Source: Spirochaetia bacterium (lineage in GTDB: Bacteria; Spirochaetota; Spirochaetia; WTKD01; G963693115). Taken from it: a stretch of DNA of 64,000 nucleotides. A model generated the notes under the pieces. The model saw nothing but the letters and a program-made list of their open reading frames with translations, did no database searches and was not told the DNA's origin. Position 1 is the stretch's first letter. Every line of letters starts with the position of its first letter. The stretch lies in the NCBI GenBank assembly GCA_965226055.1, contig CBDDCA010000006.1:576001-640000 (forward strand), given 5' to 3'. The position numbers and the translations under genes were made by a program. Below are positions 14,210 through 23,157 of the stretch, in pieces.

Positions 14210-14407
14210 ATGAGTAGAAATAATAAACTAATACAAACTTCTGATGATATCCCATCTTTTGAAATTAGTGAATACATGAAAAAACAAGAATATGTAAACT
14301 TCCCCTCAAAGAAGAAATTTTTTCAACATATAATACTCCCTATAATAATACCCATAATACCTATAATACCTATAATATTGCAAGCATTCAAAGAAGATAA
14401 AGAATAG
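14210..14407 (+). CDS. Small hypothetical protein with one Ile/Pro-rich hydrophobic segment
   Basis: 65 aa; IILPIIIPIIPIIPII encoded by CCYATAATA repeats; TATTAT-N6-ATG upstream. Confidence 0.5.
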   Translation: MSRNNKLIQTSDDIPSFEISEYMKKQEYVNFPSKKKFFQHIILPIIIPIIPIIPIILQAFKEDKE

Positions 14408-14441
14408 TTCTATAATAATTTGATTTTGATACAGAAAAAAT

Positions 14442-15023
14442 TTAATAATATATAACAAGAATATTTATTAAAAATAGTATAGTTACTATAAAAAGTAGTG
14501 TAATCCCCATTAAAAATTGCCACAATCCTAATATAAATAAAGAATCTTGCTTTTTCGACAATTTATGTTTTTCATCTATTATATCTTCTAATAATGGTAT
14601 TATTCCTATTTTTGTACTTTTACTATTTACATACGGGTTTTTACTAAAAATGTTTGAGGGAGGGAGATATGGGAAAGCTACTACTCTCCCTGCTCTTAAT
14701 ATATAGGTAGAGATCATAAATGCACCAAGAAAAAAACATAAAGAATAAATTAGGAGTATCATTATAACAGGAAACAAACTTGCATGTACCCACTCTATCT
14801 TACTATTTGGGATTCCTACTGATATAGATAATATTGATGTTATTAAGAGTATACACCCAGTTAATAAAATTGTAGATTTTCTATTACATCTATCTAATAC
14901 TTTTTCTTTACTCTTAATAAGCTGCATTGCATTATCATAAACAAATTCTATCTTTTCAGGATCAGCTTTTAATTTTTCTTTATCTAAATTGTTCCAGAGC
15001 TCTTTAAATTTTTCTTCTGCCAT
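14442..15023 (-). CDS. Hypothetical 3-TM membrane protein
   Basis: Two adjacent TM helices after ..RKSTILL and a C-terminal TM after ..KKQDSL; likely start MAEEK (TATCAT-N6-ATG). Confidence 0.7.
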   Translation of the reverse strand: MAEEKFKELWNNLDKEKLKADPEKIEFVYDNAMQLIKSKEKVLDRCNRKSTILLTGCILLITSILSISVGIPNSKIEWVHASLFPVIMILLIYSLCFFLGAFMISTYILRAGRVVAFPYLPPSNIFSKNPYVNSKSTKIGIIPLLEDIIDEKHKLSKKQDSLFILGLWQFLMGITLLFIVTILFLINILVIYY

Positions 15024-15386
15024 ATATATATGATACAAAATTATACAGAATATTTAGGATTTTTAGGTTTTTTATTCATTTTTTGAAATTTGCTAAAGCC
15101 TTTTGCTGTCGCAATTAATCTTTGAGTTCACATTATTAATTATTTTGATTTTGGAAAATTATTGACTTTACTGTATGGTTAGTATGTAAGATAATAATAA
15201 ATCATTATTCTTACCCCCAAGTGTTTATAAGGAAATAGATACAGCAATGTTGATTCTGAACAAAATATTATATGAATAGATTACTCATATAAACATTTAC
15301 TTTATATACAAATGAATGATTTTTTAATATATTGTTTGGTAAAATTAAGTAAAATGTGAAGAATTTACACCCTCTACACTCTCCTT

Positions 15387-15421
15387 TATCTCTGTACTTG
15401 AACAATTCAAGTACAGAGATA
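15387..15421. terminator. Perfect 16-bp inverted repeat downstream of the toxin gene
   Basis: tatctctgtacttgaa-caa-ttcaagtacagagata; no clear U-tract. Confidence 0.6.
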
Positions 15422-15432
15422 CAAGTGGTTTT

Positions 15433-15744
15433 TTAGGCTCTGTTGGCCATATTTTTATATTTTTTTTTCATTCCTTCTTTGGAACTTACATCGTATAATT
15501 TGATAAATTTCTCTTTAGCATTAAAAACAAATGTTATTCTGTATTTTCTGCCTATTTTTAACTGTCTTATATTTGCTTTACAACCTTTTAGTTGTTTTGA
15601 GCTCTTTATGATAGAATTAGGATATTTGATAACCTCTCCTATCTGATTCTTTATTTCTACTTCTAGTTTCTTCATATGTTTTTTAAATCTTTTGGATTCA
15701 TAAATAATGATTTCTGTTTTCTCTTTCTGTTCATTTACACTCAT
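15433..15744 (-). CDS. RelE/ParE-superfamily toxin-like protein
   Basis: 103 aa, basic; IIYESKRFKKHMKKL, KQLKG..IRQLKIGRKYRITF..IKLYDV. Confidence 0.8.
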   Translation of the reverse strand: MSVNEQKEKTEIIIYESKRFKKHMKKLEVEIKNQIGEVIKYPNSIIKSSKQLKGCKANIRQLKIGRKYRITFVFNAKEKFIKLYDVSSKEGMKKKYKNMANRA

Positions 15745-15827
15745 ATAGAGGTATATTCCCTTTTTATATAAAATATTTTCATTTTTTACTCCTTATTATT
15801 TTGATAATTTTTTATATATCATTTCTT

Positions 15828-15931
15828 CAAAAAACAAACTTCCTAATCAAATTCTGTCATAAGACCCCCCCTCTTTTCTATTAATTTTTATCATATATTC
15901 TCATAATAGCAAAAAACAAACTTCATGGCAA
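15828..15931 (-). promoter_or_regulatory. sigma70 promoter with two identical 15-bp operator-like direct repeats
   Basis: TTGCCA(15931-15926)-N17-TATTAT(15908-15903); GAAGTTTGTTTTTTG at 15910-15924 (in the spacer) and 15828-15842. Confidence 0.6.
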
Positions 15932-15962
15932 GGCACTAATACAATTTTATAGAAAACTAATT

Positions 15963-16295
15963 TTATTGTAATGTATTATTTTCGAAATCCATCATTGCAA
16001 TATGCTCATCATCAGTAATAATCAAAAATCCATACAGATTACTAAATTTTCTTAGTGCTTTTAACTGATCTTTGTCAAGCTTTGGAAAAACAAATTCATC
16101 AAGCTCTTCTGTTTCTATAAATGTATGTTTAGCTACATCATAGTCTTGTTCATATTCTAGTTTATATTCTATATTATTTGATTTACAATATTTTTCAATA
16201 GTAGATACATTTTCTTTATTTTCATCTAATATATATGCATTTGCCTGCACAGTTCCTTCAAATTCAGTATATGGAAGAGATATACGCTGTTTCAT
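15963..16295 (-). CDS. Acidic hypothetical protein
   Basis: Open frame of ~110 aa; likely start MKQRIS (TATTAT-N6-ATG). Confidence 0.65.
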   Translation of the reverse strand: MKQRISLPYTEFEGTVQANAYILDENKENVSTIEKYCKSNNIEYKLEYEQDYDVAKHTFIETEELDEFVFPKLDKDQLKALRKFSNLYGFLIITDDEHIAMMDFENNTLQ

Positions 16296-16539
16296 TATTC
16301 TATAATACAATAAATTGTTCAAAATATGTCAAAATTACAGAAATTTTCTATTTGTATAAATTTAGAGAGTATTATTGTAATAATTCCAAAAGTAAAATAT
16401 AAGAAAAATATTTAGTAAAAATTTTTCTTATCTCTTTCTTGGCATTTCTTTCTGAATTATCTCATTTTTCAGTTATCCATGCCAGCCCCAAAATATATTA
16501 TTTTTCTATAAAAGCATTTCATTATTATTGTAATATATA

Positions 16540-16568
16540 TTGACAATAAAATGAATAATTATTATAAT
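16540..16568 (+). promoter_or_regulatory. Consensus sigma70 promoter, probably for a leaderless transcript
   Basis: TTGACA-N17-TATAAT, with ATG 6 nt downstream at 16575. Confidence 0.8.
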
Positions 16569-16574
16569 ATAAAA

Positions 16575-16850
16575 ATGAAAAAAAGAAGAAATAAAAATGA
16601 AATTATTGATAGTTTGCTGACAGAATCTAGCGAAGATAGTAATAAACCACATGTATTAAATATAAAAATCTCTTCTGATATATACGACTTAATTAAAAAA
16701 TATAAGATTCTAAACACTAAAGTATTGCATGGTAAACTCCCTAGTACTAGTGATGCTGTAGCAGATTTAATTGAGCTTGCTATTACTGACGATTTACCTG
16801 ATAAAATAAGAGAAAAGTACCCACAGGCAAACAAAAAAGAGGAAGAGTAG
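16575..16850 (+). CDS. Putative ribbon-helix-helix DNA-binding protein
   Basis: Disordered N-terminus, then strand HVLNIKIS, helix SDIYDLIKKYK and helix STSDAVADLIELAI. Confidence 0.55.
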   Translation: MKKRRNKNEIIDSLLTESSEDSNKPHVLNIKISSDIYDLIKKYKILNTKVLHGKLPSTSDAVADLIELAITDDLPDKIREKYPQANKKEEE

Positions 16851-17081
16851 AAACTAAAAAAAGAAAGATTTACCTAAAAAGGTTAAACCTATTTTTTATG
16901 GAAAAATAAAGGTGTATTAGTATAAGTAATTCCTAAGGCACACATTTCAACCCCCGGGAACTATATACATAGTAGCCATTGATAAATAATTAAAAATAAA
17001 CATCGAATAATACATTATATAGTAGCATCCTAATTTCAGTCTTTTATATACAAATGAGGTTATCTATTATTAAAAAGCTAT

Positions 17082-17240
17082 TTATACTTTCAGTCGCTGT
17101 TTAGAATTATCAGACTTATTTTTTTCTTTCTGTTGCTTTTTATATTCCTCTAACTCTTTAGGATGAGTAGTAGCTACCATCTGTACCAATTCTTCAAAAC
17201 TTACAGGCAGAGGAAGAGGCGGCATTATATTTTCCTTCAT
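17082..17240 (-). CDS. 52-aa accessory ORF inside IS1595, downstream of the transposase
   Basis: MKENIMPPLPLPVSFEELVQMVATTHPKELEEYKKQQKEKNKSDNSKQRLKV*, starting 7 nt after the transposase stop. Confidence 0.55.
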   Translation of the reverse strand: MKENIMPPLPLPVSFEELVQMVATTHPKELEEYKKQQKEKNKSDNSKQRLKV

Positions 17241-17247
17241 ATACTTA

Positions 17248-18171
17248 TTATACCTTTTTTATATCTTGGAATGTTCTTATTTTGTCTAAGCCATGTTTAC
17301 AAGTAAAAGTGATAAATTGTTTTACTGTAGCCTTTGTCATATTGAGCCGAAAACTAAATTCATTGACATAGCGTTGTAAGTGCTTTTTACTTATACTATG
17401 GAATATCCCATACACTCCTCTTTTCAATAACGCCCAGAAGCTCTCTATTCCATTTGTATGGGCCATACCATCGACATACTGCTTTGCGCTATGATTTACT
17501 GTTTCGTGTGTATATCCATACCAATCAAGTCCTATATACCCTTTATGCTCATCTGTATAGATGGTAGTGTTCGGCTCTACTCTTTGTAATATCATTCTTT
17601 CTAATGTATCCTGTGAGGTGTCTTGTACCACCTTTCCTTGTACAAAGCCCTCTCTTTCTTTTATTCCTACTACTATTGCCTTTAGCATAGCTCCTTCTTT
17701 TCCATGTCGCTTTTTATCACTATGTTTGTTCTTTTCTTTCCCGCCTATATACGCCTCGTCTATTTCTACTGTCCCACTATGAGTAGTCTTAAAGCCATAG
17801 CATTCTCTTACTTTCTGGAGCATATACCACGCTGATTTCTGTGTAATTCCCAATTCTCTTGATAATTGTAAACTTGCTATTCCTTTTTTATTTATTTTTA
17901 TAAGATACATAGTGTAGAGCCATGATTGCACACTTATTTTACTTGCTTGCATAATAGTGCCTGTTTTTACTGTAAATCGTTTTCTACAATCTTTACATCT
18001 ATACGGCTGTTTTTGATGTATTCCTTCTCGTATGTTATTGCTCTTACAATAAGGACACTGTGTATTCCTTTTTTTCCATCGTATCTGTTCAAATACCTTT
18101 ATCGCTTGATCCTCTGTAGGGGCATAGCTACTAAAAAACTCTTTTACACTCATTTCTTTTTGTTGTTTCAT
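17248..18171 (-). CDS. IS1595-family transposase
   Basis: Zn ribbon CPYC..CKDC, HTH, VEIDEAYIG, IYTDE, TNGIESFWALLKR; promoter TTGACA-N17-TATTAT-N6-ATG. Confidence 0.95.
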   Translation of the reverse strand: MKQQKEMSVKEFFSSYAPTEDQAIKVFEQIRWKKRNTQCPYCKSNNIREGIHQKQPYRCKDCRKRFTVKTGTIMQASKISVQSWLYTMYLIKINKKGIASLQLSRELGITQKSAWYMLQKVRECYGFKTTHSGTVEIDEAYIGGKEKNKHSDKKRHGKEGAMLKAIVVGIKEREGFVQGKVVQDTSQDTLERMILQRVEPNTTIYTDEHKGYIGLDWYGYTHETVNHSAKQYVDGMAHTNGIESFWALLKRGVYGIFHSISKKHLQRYVNEFSFRLNMTKATVKQFITFTCKHGLDKIRTFQDIKKV

Positions 18172-18254
18172 AAGGATATAATAGCCCTTTTGTGAGTTAT
18201 TGTCAAGTATTTTGTCTTTACTGTTCCTTTCGGGCTTCAATGTATATAGTTCCC

Positions 18255-19335
18255 CACGAGTTCAAGGATTAAATGCGACAAAGGAGCAAAAAAAGTAAGA
18301 AAAAATAAAAAAAGGAGACACTCTATAATTGTATAAACGAAACAAATTAGGAGGTCTCCTTTATGAGTATACCAAAAAACTCATTTCGTCATCTGACAGA
18401 CAAAGATCGTACTATTATCGCTACGCTCCGTCATGCAAAGTACAGTATCAATGCTATAGCCAAACGCCTCAGTGTCCATCGCAGCACTGTCTATCGTGAA
18501 ATACAACGCAATGGAGGCAAACATGTCTATAATGAAGTCATTGCTCACAGACAGGCAAGAAAACGATGGGATAAGAGCCATAAAAAACTCTCTATTCCTT
18601 CTCATACTATTCGTACCTATATCGTTTTTCACCTTATATTCGATGGCTGGTCGCCTGAACAAATAGCAGGAAGGCTCAGTATTGATATGCCTCAGTATAC
18701 TATCAGTCATGAGACAATATATCACTTTATTTATCGTTTTGCTCCTCATTTGACACAGTATCTGCGAAAACAGCACCAAACACGCAAAAAAAGAAGAGTA
18801 TCTCGTTCTTTTTCTGTTTCTCGTATCCCTCATCGTGTCTCAGTACACGAACGAGGCGATGTTTCTAATGAATATGGCCACTGGGAAGTAGATCTTGTTG
18901 GCTCTTCTTCAAAAGCTACTGTGCTTGCTTTAGTGGAAAAACATACCCGTTATGTTCTTTTTCATAAGATACCTGACAAAACTGCTCATACCGTACAGTA
19001 TGGCATGCTCTTTGCTCTAAGGAACATACCACGCCATTTATGTAACAGTTTCACTTATGATAATGGGAGTGAATTTATGCTCCATACTGAAATAAATACA
19101 CGCCTGAATGCTCGTTCTTATTTTTGTACTCCTTACTGTGCTTGGGAAAAAGGATTAGTCGAACATTCTATTGGATTATTACGTCAGTACTTTCCTAAGA
19201 AGACTTTGTTTCATAGAGTCAAGCAAAGTGATATACTACAAGTACAAACGCTTATCAATCATAGACCACGAAAATGTCTTCATTTTTTGACCTCTGCTGA
19301 AGCCTTTTCTGTCGCATTTAGTCCTTGAATCCGCA
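18255..19335 (+). mobile_element. IS30-family insertion sequence
   Basis: Right IR tgtcgcatttagtccttgaatccgca (19310-19335); left IR ttcaaggattaaatgcgaca with a degenerate outer tip. Confidence 0.88.
18363..19328 (+). CDS. IS30-family transposase
   Basis: HRSTVYREIQRN, WSPEQIAG, ISHETIY, GHWEVDLV, TYDNGSEF, WEKGLVEHSIGLLRQYFPK. Confidence 0.96.
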   Translation: MSIPKNSFRHLTDKDRTIIATLRHAKYSINAIAKRLSVHRSTVYREIQRNGGKHVYNEVIAHRQARKRWDKSHKKLSIPSHTIRTYIVFHLIFDGWSPEQIAGRLSIDMPQYTISHETIYHFIYRFAPHLTQYLRKQHQTRKKRRVSRSFSVSRIPHRVSVHERGDVSNEYGHWEVDLVGSSSKATVLALVEKHTRYVLFHKIPDKTAHTVQYGMLFALRNIPRHLCNSFTYDNGSEFMLHTEINTRLNARSYFCTPYCAWEKGLVEHSIGLLRQYFPKKTLFHRVKQSDILQVQTLINHRPRKCLHFLTSAEAFSVAFSP

Positions 19336-19393
19336 CCCCAACCCCCCAACTCCTTGACTAATCTCTCCTTACTATAGTATACTTACATGTAAG

Positions 19394-19549
19394 ATGAAAG
19401 CGACATATCAACCCAGTAGAGTAAAGCGGTTAAGAAAATTTGGCTTTAGGGCACGTATGAGCAGTGCCTCTGGACAAAATGTACTTAAAAGAAGAAGAGC
19501 AAAAGGACGAAAAAAACTCACTGTCTCAGACGAAAAAAAGCCATACTAA
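19394..19549 (+). CDS. rpmH: 50S ribosomal protein L34
   Basis: Manual translation [51 protein letters not shown]; upstream TTGACT-N18-TATACT. Confidence 0.97.
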   Translation: MKATYQPSRVKRLRKFGFRARMSSASGQNVLKRRRAKGRKKLTVSDEKKPY

Positions 19550-19556
19550 TACCATA

Positions 19557-19961
19557 GTGTATAGTAATGCTAGTAATCGTACACACAACACTATTATTAC
19601 TTTACGAAAGCGTTCGGAAATTGCAATGGTATTTAAGACAGGAAAATGGTTTCGAGGAGCTTCTGTTTCATTGGTAGTAGGGAGAAATATATCTTCTCAT
19701 GGTGACTCTGAAACATGCCGATTTCTGATAACTACAAAAGGAATTAAGAACAAGCCAAAAAGAAATCAGTTAAAAAGAAAAATACGCGAACATATACGAA
19801 GCTTTTATCGTATAATTACATCGCAAGAGAAGAACAAAGAAGGAACATATAGAGATATAGCATTTATAGCATCTAATCCAAATATCAGTTTTACAGCACT
19901 AGGCAGCGAGATGCATACATTACTTCAACGAGCAAACATAGTAAAAAAACAAATGACATAA
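19557..19961 (+). CDS. rnpA: RNase P protein component (start uncertain)
   Basis: LRKRSEIAMVFKTGK and RNR-like KRNQLKRKIRE; lies between rpmH and yidC. Confidence 0.85.
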   Translation: MYSNASNRTHNTIITLRKRSEIAMVFKTGKWFRGASVSLVVGRNISSHGDSETCRFLITTKGIKNKPKRNQLKRKIREHIRSFYRIITSQEKNKEGTYRDIAFIASNPNISFTALGSEMHTLLQRANIVKKQMT

Positions 19962-20018
19962 AGATAGTCATACACAAAGCTAACAATAGATTATTTTTTA
20001 CAATATTGAGGACAATAC

Positions 20019-21776
20019 ATGAGCAAAAATTTAGTAATAACGATACTCCTATCAACAATTATTTTATATGTTGGTATGTACATTCAGCAAAGATACTTTA
20101 CCCCCCCTCCTTTACCTGATACTTCCAGTACTACCGTTACTTCTCCTCAAGAAAAAGATATACATATTATACCTATTGCTACCGAACAGCCGTTGCCAGA
20201 AAAATCTATACAAATGTCAACCAACAAATTTGATATTACTCTCTCTACAAAAAATGCAAGCGTAACATCATTTCAGATAAAAAATGAAACAGGAACTTCC
20301 GAAACCCATGTTGAACTTATCCCTTTAGGAGATAGCCATACTACATTTACGCTTACGCTAGGAAGCGATGATACTGCATTAAAAGACGATGTACTGTTTG
20401 ATTATGTTGCATATCCACAAGAAAAAAAAGTAGAATTTTTTCGAGATTTTATACACCAAGAAAATGGACAGGAATTTACCCTAAAAAAAACCTATCAATT
20501 TAAGGACGATGAATACCTTTTTGAAATTATAGTACTACTACAAAATAAGAAAAATGAAATTTTACGACTTGGAGACACAACATACACATTGTATTTTGGT
20601 CCACAACTAGGTCCCGTAGAAGAAGTTCTCTCTTCACAAAAATCACGTCAAATAAGCCAACGAAAATTTATCAGTTTTGACGGAAAAAAAAGAAGGAATA
20701 TAAATGTACGAAAAAACAATGTTGTAGAACACGATACCCTGTACCAATGGGTAGGAATATCAGGACGATATTTTTCTCTCTTCTTAGTTCCCGGTAATGG
20801 AAAATATACATCAATTTTTTCCACAACGCCACAAGAACAATTAGCTTCTACTGCACAAATTACCTTAGAGAGAAATACAATACAAAGTGCTGCAATAGAA
20901 GATGTCCATAGAATATACATTGGTCCTCACACAAAAAATCAACTCAAAAAATATAATAACGCTCAAGACAATGCATTTAAGGTATCAGGATTGTCACTGG
21001 ATAAAAGTATCCCTAGCAGATTACTTGGGTTTTTAGAAAGAATATGGCTTGCAATATTACGAATATCTTACTCAATTATTCCTAATTACGGTGTTGCCAT
21101 CATTATGCTCACCTTGCTTATTCGCCTATCAACATATCCTATTTTAAGAAAAAGTAAAACAAATGGCGAAAAAATGAAATTGCTTGCGCCAAAACTACAA
21201 GAAATCAAAGAAAAGTATCCAAATGACAACATGAAACAAAGCCAAGAAATAATGGCATTATACAAAAATTATGGATTTTCTCCATTAAGCTCTTTTCTTC
21301 CTCTCTTACTGCAACTTCCTATCTTTCTTTCAATGTATAGAGTTATATCAGAGAGTTTTGAATTTTTTAAGGCACCATTTTTTGGCTGGATAGACGATCT
21401 TTCCAGCCCTGATGCACTACTATCATTTGGGGACTTTAAGATCCCTATTCTTGGTTGGACTGAATTTCATATCCTCCCAATAATTATGCTATTAACACAA
21501 TATGTATCCAGTTATATCATGCTAAAACAACAAAGAGGACAAAATGTAGGATCTCAAAAAATTATGTTCATTCTTTCATATGTATTTCCTTTTATTATTT
21601 TCTTTGCTCTGTATAACTCACCTTCAGGACTGATATTATATTGGATAACATCAAATTTTGTTACTATAATAAGTATCTTTGATAATAATACTAAGCAGGT
21701 GACACTTTCACCTGTAAAGAAAAAGGAGAATCCATGGAAAAAATATTTGAGGCAAGGACAGAACGCGAGGCGGTAG
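20019..21776 (+). CDS. yidC: Membrane protein insertase YidC
   Basis: NYGVAIIMLTLLIR, PKLQEIKEKY, LLQLPIF, WIDDLSSPD, GLILYWITSN. Confidence 0.96.
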   Translation: MSKNLVITILLSTIILYVGMYIQQRYFTPPPLPDTSSTTVTSPQEKDIHIIPIATEQPLPEKSIQMSTNKFDITLSTKNASVTSFQIKNETGTSETHVELIPLGDSHTTFTLTLGSDDTALKDDVLFDYVAYPQEKKVEFFRDFIHQENGQEFTLKKTYQFKDDEYLFEIIVLLQNKKNEILRLGDTTYTLYFGPQLGPVEEVLSSQKSRQISQRKFISFDGKKRRNINVRKNNVVEHDTLYQWVGISGRYFSLFLVPGNGKYTSIFSTTPQEQLASTAQITLERNTIQSAAIEDVHRIYIGPHTKNQLKKYNNAQDNAFKVSGLSLDKSIPSRLLGFLERIWLAILRISYSIIPNYGVAIIMLTLLIRLSTYPILRKSKTNGEKMKLLAPKLQEIKEKYPNDNMKQSQEIMALYKNYGFSPLSSFLPLLLQLPIFLSMYRVISESFEFFKAPFFGWIDDLSSPDALLSFGDFKIPILGWTEFHILPIIMLLTQYVSSYIMLKQQRGQNVGSQKIMFILSYVFPFIIFFALYNSPSGLILYWITSNFVTIISIFDNNTKQVTLSPVKKKENPWKKYLRQGQNARR

Positions 21777-22510
21777 AAAACGCAGTACGAACGTTTGGTG
21801 TCAATGAAGAATACATTGAAATTAAAATCATAAACAAAAAAAAGGGGAATTTTCTTGGACTTAATAGCAAAGTTACCATTAAAGCTTCCGTTATAGGCAT
21901 TCCTCAAACAGATACCACTGATATTGAAGAGCAGTATGATCCTATGCAAGACACACACAACACTTCCTTCTCTGACAGTGAGCATGCACCTCACAGTACT
22001 CATACAAATACAGCAGCACCATCGCATGCAGTTCCACTTACCCCATTAACCGAACATCAAAAAAAGGAAACTGCTGCAATTATTGAAGCAATAACATCAA
22101 AAATGAATATTGATGTCGATGTTGAGTTTCATAGCATAGATAACCAGCTTTTTGGCTCGCTCATCATTGAAGATGTATCTGATCAAAACCTCCTTATAGG
22201 CAAGCACGGAAAAAATATAGATGCTTTACAAGTAATAGTAAATTCAATTCTTCAAAGAAGATATGATACCCCTCTTGAAAAAGTAGTCATTGAAATTGAA
22301 AATTATCGTAATAAACGTAATAATTGGCTTACCGAACTGGCTCAAAGAAAAGCAGAACAAGTATTAAAATCTAAGAGATCCTATACCCTTGAAGAAATGA
22401 ATCCTTATGATAGAAAACGTATTCATTCAGCAGTAAAAAATATTCCCGGTGTATCCACCGAAAGCATTGGTAACGGATACTATAAACGACTTACTATATA
22501 TAGTGTATAA
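21734..22510 (+). CDS. jag: Jag/KhpB RNA-binding protein (Jag_N, KH, R3H)
   Basis: IFEARTEREAVENA, LLIGKHGKNIDALQ, MNPYDRKRIH. Confidence 0.93.
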   Translation: MEKIFEARTEREAVENAVRTFGVNEEYIEIKIINKKKGNFLGLNSKVTIKASVIGIPQTDTTDIEEQYDPMQDTHNTSFSDSEHAPHSTHTNTAAPSHAVPLTPLTEHQKKETAAIIEAITSKMNIDVDVEFHSIDNQLFGSLIIEDVSDQNLLIGKHGKNIDALQVIVNSILQRRYDTPLEKVVIEIENYRNKRNNWLTELAQRKAEQVLKSKRSYTLEEMNPYDRKRIHSAVKNIPGVSTESIGNGYYKRLTIYSV

Positions 22511-22543
22511 TAACTATATCAACTATTTATTATATATATTACT

Positions 22544-23128
22544 ATGAACATTTCTTTTACTCCTACTATTAAAGGGCTTATTTTTGATTTTGATGGCACA
22601 TTAGCAGACTCCATGCCTATCCATTGCGTTGCATGGAAAAAAACTATGCTAAAATATAATATCACCATTACAGACGAAGAACTTGAGGCGTGTCGTGGAC
22701 ACACAAGCAAAGAAATAGCAGAAGCATTTATTACACGCTATGAGTTACAAGAAAACGCAGATGATATATCACAGCAAAAAGGTATACAGTATATTGCCTT
22801 ATTACCTAAAGTAGCACTTATTCCACAAACATACAACATTTTAATGGAATCAAGAGAAAAATATAAAATCGCTATAGGAACAAACGAAGAATGCTCTGTC
22901 TTTCGCCATGTGAGTGAGCATTTTCACCTCTCAGATATAAGCAATGCAGTAGTTTCATGGAATACATCCCTAAAACCGAAACCTCACCCTGATATTTTTC
23001 TTGAATGTGCAACATTACTTGCATTAGAACCACAGCAATGCCATGTATTTGAAGATAGCTCCCATGGAATTGAGGCAGCAAAAAATGCAGGCATGACATA
23101 TACTCACATTGATGATATTATAAAATAA
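22544..23128 (+). CDS. HAD-family phosphatase (YqaB-like)
   Basis: FDFDGTLADS, KPHPDIF, FEDSSHGIEAA. Confidence 0.9.
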   Translation: MNISFTPTIKGLIFDFDGTLADSMPIHCVAWKKTMLKYNITITDEELEACRGHTSKEIAEAFITRYELQENADDISQQKGIQYIALLPKVALIPQTYNILMESREKYKIAIGTNEECSVFRHVSEHFHLSDISNAVVSWNTSLKPKPHPDIFLECATLLALEPQQCHVFEDSSHGIEAAKNAGMTYTHIDDIIK

Positions 23129-23157
23129 TATAGTATTTCTTAATCAAGGTACAAACA

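Larger units (their letters stand above)
16956..18254 (-). mobile_element. IS1595-family insertion sequence
   Basis: 15-bp TIRs gggaactatatacat (16956-16970) and atgtatatagttccc (18240-18254) enclose the transposase and a small ORF. Confidence 0.88.

Noticed and set aside
16948-19346. caaccccc on both sides of the IS1595+IS30 pair as a possible 8-bp target duplication
   Set aside because: The right copy is offset 3 bp from the IS30 IR and is low complexity, so a composite transposon is not supported.
16300-19390. Possible oriC near rpmH, where gene orientation switches
   Set aside because: No DnaA-box cluster or dnaA seen, and the + strand looks C-rich on both sides.
19464-19556. N-terminal extension of rnpA in the ORF track
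   Set aside because: Overlaps rpmH in another frame; the real start must be near or after 19550.
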